A stretch of 64,000 nt of DNA from Candidatus Zhuqueibacterota bacterium (GTDB lineage Bacteria > Zhuqueibacterota > Zhuqueibacteria > Thermofontimicrobiales > Thermofontimicrobiaceae), in the NCBI GenBank assembly GCA_049322915.1, contig JBMOPW010000035.1, positions 128,001-192,000 on the forward strand. The letters are read 5' to 3'. Positions 57,758 to 64,000 of the stretch are shown one piece after another. Each line of letters opens with the position of its first letter. Position 1 is the stretch's first letter. Under the pieces are notes generated by a model, which was given only the letters and a program-made list of their open reading frames with translations, searched no databases and had not been told where the DNA came from. The position numbers and the translations under genes are program-made.

Positions 57758-60385
57758 ATGGTAAAAATTTTAAAACTGTTTCTGATAATTTTTTTATTAG
57801 GGAGGGTGAACTGCATGAATCAAGGCCCGGATTATAAAAACACCTCGTTATCGCTGGAGAGGCGCGTCGATGATCTCATCAGCCGGATGACATTGGAAGA
57901 AAAAGTATCGCAAATGAAATACAACGCGCCGGCCATCGACAGGCTGGAAATTCCAGAGTACAACTGGTGGAGCGAATGTCTGCATGGCGTGGCTCGCGCC
58001 GGTATTGCCACTGTTTTTCCCCAGTCCATCGGGTTGGCAGCGACGTGGAATACCGATCTGATGCTGCAGGTAGCGACTGTCACTTCCACGGAGGCGCGCG
58101 CCAAATACCACGAATTCGTCCGTAACAATGAACGCGGCATTTACCAGGGACTCACGTTCTGGTCGCCCAACGTCAACATTTTTCGCGATCCCCGCTGGGG
58201 TCGTGGACAGGAGACGTACGGCGAGGATCCCTTCCTCACAGCGCGGATGGGAGTCGCGTTCGTAAAAGGCTTGCAGGGCGATGATCCCAGATACCTCAAA
58301 TTGGTGGCGACTCCGAAGCATTACGCCGTGCACAGCGGGCCGGAGCCGGATCGCCATACCTTCAATGCCGTCACCAGCGAGCAGGATCTGCACGAAACCT
58401 ATCTGCCGGCCTTCAAAGCCACTGTCGTTGAAGCGAAGGCGTTCTCCGTGATGGGTGCCTACAACCGCTACATGGGCGAATCCTGCTGCGCCAGCGATAA
58501 ATTGCTCCAGAAAATTTTGCGGGATGAATGGGGATTCGATGGCTACGTTGTTTCGGACTGCGGCGCTATTTATGATATTTACGCCCGTCACAACATCGTG
58601 AAAACTCCGCAGGAGGCGGTTGCGCTGGCAGTGAAACGCGGCTGCGAACTCAATTGCGGGAACGAATACCCCCATCTGGTTGAAGCAGTGCAACAAGGCT
58701 TGATCAGTGAGAAAGACATCGACGTGGCTGTGAAGCGGTTATTCACTGCCCGCTTCCGTCTGGGCATGTTCGACCCGGACGACATGGTGCCCTATGCCCG
58801 CATTCCCTACGAAAAAAATGACTGCCCGGAGCACAGCCAGTTGGCGCTCAAAGCAGCGCAGGAATCCATTGTTCTGTTGAAGAACGATGACAATATTCTG
58901 CCGTTGAGAAAGGACATCAAATCCATTGCGGTCATTGGGCCCAACGCCAAAGAGGTGGAGGTGATGTCAGGCAATTATAATGGCACACCATCGCACCCGG
59001 TCACCGCGCTGGACGGCATCAAAGCGAAAGTATCGTCGGCGACAAAGGTCGGCTTTGCAAAGGGATGCGAACTGGTCTATCCGGCGACTGTGCCTTTGCG
59101 CACCATCCCGGCATCGGCGTTGAAACCACCAAAAGGATATGAATCGCAGAAAGGGTTGCGCGGCGAATATTTCAATAACAGGAATCTCGAGGGTCAACCG
59201 GATACAATTAAATACGATCAGGCACTCGACTATGTCTGGCGCGAAGATCCGCCAGCGCCAGGGATTAACAAAGACAATTATTCTGTCCGCTGGACAGGCG
59301 TTCTGATTCCGCCCGTTTCCGGGGAGTACACCATCGGCGTTACCGGCGATGATGGCATCCGGCTTTACATCGACGAGACGCTTCTGTTTGAAGACTGGAC
59401 AGATCACGCCCCGACCACCATCAAGAAAGACATCACGTTGAAAAAAGGTCAACGGTACTCGATAAAAATTGAATATTATGAAAATGCCGGCGGCGCCACC
59501 ATCAAGCTGGGCTGGATTAAGCCCAATGATTTGAAAGACTACTACAAAGCGCTTGACGACGATTTCCAGGCAGCAGTGAAATTAGCGGCACAATCGGACG
59601 TCGTGGTCTTTGTAGGCGGAATTTCCCCGCGGCTTGAAGGCGAAGAAATGAACGTGGATGCCAAAGGCTTCTCCGGCGGCGATCGAACCGATATCAACTT
59701 GCCCGACTTTCAGGAGCGACTATTGCAAGCGCTGCACCAGACCGGCCAACCGGTGGTTCTGGTTTTGATGAACGGCAGTGCGCTGGCAGTGAACTGGGCA
59801 GATAAAAATATTCCGGCCATCGTCGAAGCGTGGTATCCGGGACAGGCTGGTGGAACAGCCATCGCGGATGTGCTCTTTGGCGACTACAACCCGGCCGGCA
59901 GGCTGCCGGTGACCTTTTACAAATCCGTGGACCAGCTCCCGCCTTTCGATGATTATAACATGGCCAATCGAACTTATCGCTATTTCACCGGCTCGCCGCT
60001 GTATTCGTTCGGATTTGGCCTGAGTTACACGACATTCCACTACAGCGAATTGAAACTCTCGGCCGAAACAATCGAGCGCGATGAACAATTCACCATCTCT
60101 GTCGACGTGGAAAATAGCGGTGAAATCGCTGGCGATGAAGTCGTGCAGCTTTACGTGACCGATAAAGAATGCAGCATGCCCACGCCACTCAAATCGCTGA
60201 AGGGATTCCAGCGGTTGTATCTGAAGCCCGGCGAGAAGAAGAAAGTGACGTTCACACTTGACGCAGAACAGCTCGCCTGCTACGATGAGCGTCAGGGCTG
60301 GATGGTGGAACCGGGCGAATTCGAGATCATGGTGGGCGGCAATTCCAATACTGGCAAAAAAGCGATAATCACCATTGTCAAATAA
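57758..60385 (+). CDS. GH3 beta-glucosidase/beta-xylosidase with PA14 and Fn3-like domains
   Basis: WWSECLHG, RDPRWGRGQETYGEDP, KHY, VVSDCGA (nucleophile Asp), PA14 insert (SVRWTG, DDGIRL), WYPGQAGG, EVVQLY. Confidence 0.95.
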   Translation: MVKILKLFLIIFLLGRVNCMNQGPDYKNTSLSLERRVDDLISRMTLEEKVSQMKYNAPAIDRLEIPEYNWWSECLHGVARAGIATVFPQSIGLAATWNTDLMLQVATVTSTEARAKYHEFVRNNERGIYQGLTFWSPNVNIFRDPRWGRGQETYGEDPFLTARMGVAFVKGLQGDDPRYLKLVATPKHYAVHSGPEPDRHTFNAVTSEQDLHETYLPAFKATVVEAKAFSVMGAYNRYMGESCCASDKLLQKILRDEWGFDGYVVSDCGAIYDIYARHNIVKTPQEAVALAVKRGCELNCGNEYPHLVEAVQQGLISEKDIDVAVKRLFTARFRLGMFDPDDMVPYARIPYEKNDCPEHSQLALKAAQESIVLLKNDDNILPLRKDIKSIAVIGPNAKEVEVMSGNYNGTPSHPVTALDGIKAKVSSATKVGFAKGCELVYPATVPLRTIPASALKPPKGYESQKGLRGEYFNNRNLEGQPDTIKYDQALDYVWREDPPAPGINKDNYSVRWTGVLIPPVSGEYTIGVTGDDGIRLYIDETLLFEDWTDHAPTTIKKDITLKKGQRYSIKIEYYENAGGATIKLGWIKPNDLKDYYKALDDDFQAAVKLAAQSDVVVFVGGISPRLEGEEMNVDAKGFSGGDRTDINLPDFQERLLQALHQTGQPVVLVLMNGSALAVNWADKNIPAIVEAWYPGQAGGTAIADVLFGDYNPAGRLPVTFYKSVDQLPPFDDYNMANRTYRYFTGSPLYSFGFGLSYTTFHYSELKLSAETIERDEQFTISVDVENSGEIAGDEVVQLYVTDKECSMPTPLKSLKGFQRLYLKPGEKKKVTFTLDAEQLACYDERQGWMVEPGEFEIMVGGNSNTGKKAIITIVK

Positions 60386-60505
60386 TTGATGATTCGCACC
60401 TGGTGTGCGAACAAACTTACTGCGGTTCCATGGCTGGAATCGGTTCATCCCTTTTCAGCCGTGGACACGCGGTTGTCCGGCATTTGTCTCAGAAAAGGAC
60501 TTGAA

Positions 60506-63019
60506 ATGAAACGACTCTGTTCGTTATTGGCAATTCACCTGTTCATTTTTTCACTTTCTCAAATCGTGTCATTCGCCCAGGAAAACGTGGTGACCCTGGC
60601 CACCTGTTCGATCACCCAAACCGCTCCGACTTACAGCCAGCCACTGTTCAGCGTTGATGCGATTGAAGAAATGCTCGTCACCGGCCAATGGGTTGCGCCG
60701 ACGGAAGAAATGAATCATGGCGTTGATACAGATTCATCCCTGCACTGGATTCCGAAATCAATCGATGAACGCGGCTGGTTCAACGACGATGCCTTGCACG
60801 GCGGGTACGCCTTTTTTTCTGTGGACATGGATACGGATCAAATCGTTCTGCTGGAAGGAATGGGGCACGATATGGTTTACATCAACGGTGTGCCTCACGG
60901 CGGGAATCGTTACCAGAACAAAGAACAGTTCGAACTGTGGGAGCCCAATTTCAATTTTTCACTCATTCCCGTGCATCTGAACCAGGGCAAAAATGAACTT
61001 GTCTTCCAGTGCTCGCGCGGACGGCTGAAAGTGAAATTACACCACATCGGGGAAAGCATTCTTTTCAACAGTAAAGACAGGACATTGCCCGACCTCATGG
61101 CTGGCGAATCGATTGACACGTGGGGTGCGATTGTTGTGGTCAATGCCACCCACCATCCGCTGAAAAATTATCTCCTCGCCTGCTCATTAGAAAATGGCCT
61201 TTTCGGAGAGACGCCTGTGCCAATCATTCAGCCCATGAGCACTCGCAAGATCGGTTTCCGAATTCAGGGAAAGGCGTCGGCCGAACCCGGCGAAGAAAAA
61301 GTCGAACTGAAACTATTCAATCCCAACAATTCAGACAAAACCACATCGGCGCGCTGCACCCTTTCGTTGAATCGGGTATCGCCCTTGCAAACGCACAAAC
61401 GCACCTTCATCAGCAGCATCGACGGCAGTGTTCAGTATTTTGCAGTGAATCCGGCCCGGGCTGCCGGGAGTGAACCGGCCGCGCTGTTCCTTTCAGCGCA
61501 TGGCGCGTCCGTGGAAGCCATTAACCAGGCGAATGCGTACGAAGGAAAATCGTGGGGACATATTGTTGCACCGACGAATCGCCGTCCATTTGGGTTCAAC
61601 TGGGAAGACTGGGGTCGCCTGGACGCTATGGAAGTGCTGGGCATCGCCGCGGAGACGCTGCAAATTGATCCGGCGCGGATCTATTTAACCGGTCATTCCA
61701 TGGGCGGACACGGCGCATGGCATCTGGGCGTGACTTTCCCGGATCAATTCGCCGCCATCGGCCCCAGCGCCGGATGGATCAGCTTCTGGTCCTATCGCAT
61801 TCGCGAAAGTCTGACGCCAATTTCTCCCATGACCAAAATGCTCAATCGCGCCACGTCGCCCAGCAATACCTTTGCTTTGGCGGAAAATTTAAAACCCATT
61901 GGCGTGTACATCCTTCACGGCGCCGTGGACGACAATGTTCCGGCAGACCAGGCCCGGCAGATGAGCGACAGCCTGAGCACATTTCACAAGGATTTCATTT
62001 ATCACGAGGAGCCTGGCGTCAGCCACTGGTGGGACAACTCCGACGAGCCCGGCACAGATTGCGTGGATTGGGCACCGATGTTTGACTTTTTTGCCCATCA
62101 TGCGCGGCCGCAAAATGACATGGTTCGAGAGATTGAATTTATAACCGCCAATCCCGGCATTTCAGCCAAAAATTACTGGCTGACAATCGAAGCCCAACAG
62201 AGGCAGTTGGAATTCAGTTCCGCCCGAATTCAGCTCTACCCGGGCAAACGGCAATTCATCGGCACGACTTCGAACATCGCCCGAATGACGCTGGATGTGT
62301 CATTCCTCGAACCGAATCGATCAGTCGCCGTGAATCTGGACGGACAGGACATCGCGACGATCGCGTGGCCGGCGCAATCGAAAAAAATTGTGCTGGTGAA
62401 CCGGGCGAATGCCTGGAGCGTCAGCGCCGAATCGAGCCGTTCCGAAAAAGGACCGCATCGCTATGGCACATTCAAGGATGCGTTCAAAAATCGCTTCGTT
62501 TTTGTCTACTCCACCCAGGGCGCAGAAGCGGAGAATCAGTGGGCATTCAACAAAGCCCGATTTGACGCGGAACAGTTCTGGTATCAGGGCAATGGCTCCG
62601 TGGATATTTTATCTGATATGGAATTCGATCCGGCTCAGGACACAGATCGGAATGTCATTCTCTACGGCAACGCAACGACCAATGCAGCCTGGAACAAGGT
62701 GCTGGACAAATCAGAGGTCGAGATGAGCGCCGGCCGCATGAAACTCGGCGACCATGTTTTCAAAGGGGATGACGTGGCCTGTCTGATGATTCGTCCCCGA
62801 AAAGGGAGCGACATCGCCAGCGTGGGAATCGTCGGCGGCACAGGGATCAAAGGGATGAAGCTCACCAATGCGCGACGGTATTTGTTCCCGGGATATGCCT
62901 TCCCGGACTGCGTCATTTTTTCAACCGATATTTTCGAAAAGAGAATCGATGGCGTGCTGGCCGCCGGATTTTTTGGCCTGGACTGGAGCGTGAAGAATGG
63001 AGATTTTGTAGCCCGTTAG
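60506..63019 (+). CDS. Exported alpha/beta-hydrolase (esterase or prolyl-oligopeptidase-like)
   Basis: Signal peptide after ATG 60506 (AAAGGA RBS); GHSMGG nucleophile elbow, HGAVDDNVP, SHWW. Confidence 0.82.
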   Translation: MKRLCSLLAIHLFIFSLSQIVSFAQENVVTLATCSITQTAPTYSQPLFSVDAIEEMLVTGQWVAPTEEMNHGVDTDSSLHWIPKSIDERGWFNDDALHGGYAFFSVDMDTDQIVLLEGMGHDMVYINGVPHGGNRYQNKEQFELWEPNFNFSLIPVHLNQGKNELVFQCSRGRLKVKLHHIGESILFNSKDRTLPDLMAGESIDTWGAIVVVNATHHPLKNYLLACSLENGLFGETPVPIIQPMSTRKIGFRIQGKASAEPGEEKVELKLFNPNNSDKTTSARCTLSLNRVSPLQTHKRTFISSIDGSVQYFAVNPARAAGSEPAALFLSAHGASVEAINQANAYEGKSWGHIVAPTNRRPFGFNWEDWGRLDAMEVLGIAAETLQIDPARIYLTGHSMGGHGAWHLGVTFPDQFAAIGPSAGWISFWSYRIRESLTPISPMTKMLNRATSPSNTFALAENLKPIGVYILHGAVDDNVPADQARQMSDSLSTFHKDFIYHEEPGVSHWWDNSDEPGTDCVDWAPMFDFFAHHARPQNDMVREIEFITANPGISAKNYWLTIEAQQRQLEFSSARIQLYPGKRQFIGTTSNIARMTLDVSFLEPNRSVAVNLDGQDIATIAWPAQSKKIVLVNRANAWSVSAESSRSEKGPHRYGTFKDAFKNRFVFVYSTQGAEAENQWAFNKARFDAEQFWYQGNGSVDILSDMEFDPAQDTDRNVILYGNATTNAAWNKVLDKSEVEMSAGRMKLGDHVFKGDDVACLMIRPRKGSDIASVGIVGGTGIKGMKLTNARRYLFPGYAFPDCVIFSTDIFEKRIDGVLAAGFFGLDWSVKNGDFVAR

Positions 63020-63121
63020 CGAATCGGTCCGGCGTGCGCCCACTATCGGAGATAGAAGATGTGCAAATCAAGGTGAGCGACGCTGACAAGGCGTAGAACA
63101 TAAGATTTTCGGAGAATTCCA

Positions 63122-63532
63122 ATGAACGCAGAAGATACTCGATGGATACAGCGATACAAGCATTTTGAAAAGGCATTGAGCCAATTAAAGAAATTCATCG
63201 AGAAAGGCGAGTTGAATGACCTCGAAAAACAGGGATTAATCCAGGCGTTTGAATATACTTATGAATTAGCCTGGAATACGATGAAAGATTATTTCGAAGA
63301 TCAGGGTGAGACCGGCATTTACGGCAGTCGTGATGCCTTTCGCCTGGCATTCAGACGAGGGTTGATTGGAGATGGGAAAACATGGATGAATATGATTCAG
63401 AGCAGAACTCTAACGACCCATACGTACAACGAAGATATTGCCGAAGAAGTATGCGCCGATATTGTAAAGAAATATTACCCCGAATTCGTTGCGATCAGAG
63501 ACAAATTGTATAAAATTATAGACAAGGACTAA
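63122..63532 (+). CDS. HEPN-type toxin (HI0074/NTase substrate-binding family)
   Basis: GLIQAFEYTYELAW, RTLTTHTY (RX4HXY). Confidence 0.88.
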   Translation: MNAEDTRWIQRYKHFEKALSQLKKFIEKGELNDLEKQGLIQAFEYTYELAWNTMKDYFEDQGETGIYGSRDAFRLAFRRGLIGDGKTWMNMIQSRTLTTHTYNEDIAEEVCADIVKKYYPEFVAIRDKLYKIIDKD

Positions 63533-63534
63533 GC

Positions 63535-63864
63535 ATGTCCCGTTTTGGGCTTGAGGAAAGCGATATCCGGGCCATCTGTGGCGTGTTAGCCAACTACCCG
63601 CAGGTAGAACAAGCCGTGCTCTATGGCTCACGTGCCAAAGGTAACTATAAAAATGGCTCTGATATTGATTTGACACTGCGCGGTGGGGCTGACCTAACGC
63701 TGACCGTGCTGTACCAGATCATGAACGAAATAGACGATCTGCTCCTGCCGTACATGATCGATCTGTCACTCTTCAGCCAGCTCCACGATTCAGATGTGCT
63801 TGACCACATTCAGCGCGCAGGAGTGGCGTTTTATGAAAAAGCAGCCATGAAAAATCATGTCTGA
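63535..63864 (+). CDS. Minimal nucleotidyltransferase (MNT) antitoxin
   Basis: LYGSRAKGNYKNGSDIDL (GSX10DXD), LPYMIDL. Confidence 0.9.
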   Translation: MSRFGLEESDIRAICGVLANYPQVEQAVLYGSRAKGNYKNGSDIDLTLRGGADLTLTVLYQIMNEIDDLLLPYMIDLSLFSQLHDSDVLDHIQRAGVAFYEKAAMKNHV

Positions 63865-64000
63865 CCAATTTCTGCATCAATGACTCGACGGCGCGACCGG
63901 CAAGGGTTTAGTGGGGCATAATCATCGTCTGATATTGAAACGAAAATCAATGCAGTGTTGCACGAGTTCTCTTGCATGTTATGGACAATGTAATCATACG

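Noticed and set aside
131..63676. Numerous 60-285 aa antisense or alternate-frame ORFs inside long genes (e.g. 168-983, 2272-3081, 11367-12212, 52052-52909, 55050-55916, 57848-58696)
   Set aside because: Shadow ORFs of well-supported genes; no recognisable motifs.

Overview
Bacterial chromosomal window with no rRNA, tRNA, CRISPR array or transposase gene. A GWxTD-type protein, a FlgD-Ig C-terminal domain and a PorV/PorQ-like barrel suggest a diderm of the FCB/KSB1 type (inference). Ordinary content: MacAB-TolC operon, DEAD-box helicase, TonB receptor plus two paralogous lipoproteins, ABC exporter, alpha-2-macroglobulin and PBP1C, PPi-type PFK, C69 and S41 peptidases, VIT1, GH3 and two toxin-antitoxin pairs. 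The best candidate for an undescribed system is a ~19 kb cluster (14.9-33.7 kb). It encodes an exported membrane-anchored TPR-CHAT protease, a beta-propeller protein with a FlgD-Ig tail, a DOMON-like membrane protein, a PorV-like barrel fused to a transglutaminase and TPRs, and a CHASE2-TM-sigma54 activator followed by a candidate enhancer, a -24/-12-like promoter and an unknown gene. It ends with a Zn-ribbon mini-protein and a trypsin(NAL1-like)-TM-lytic transglycosylase fusion, next to the alpha-2-macroglobulin/pbpC pair. Non-coding finds include a 100-bp duplication of the tolC 3' end bracketing the helicase, a uORF/attenuator-like helicase leader, and tandem MITE-like shells carrying different palindromic cargo. 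All domain calls were made by eye from motifs; no database searches were run.
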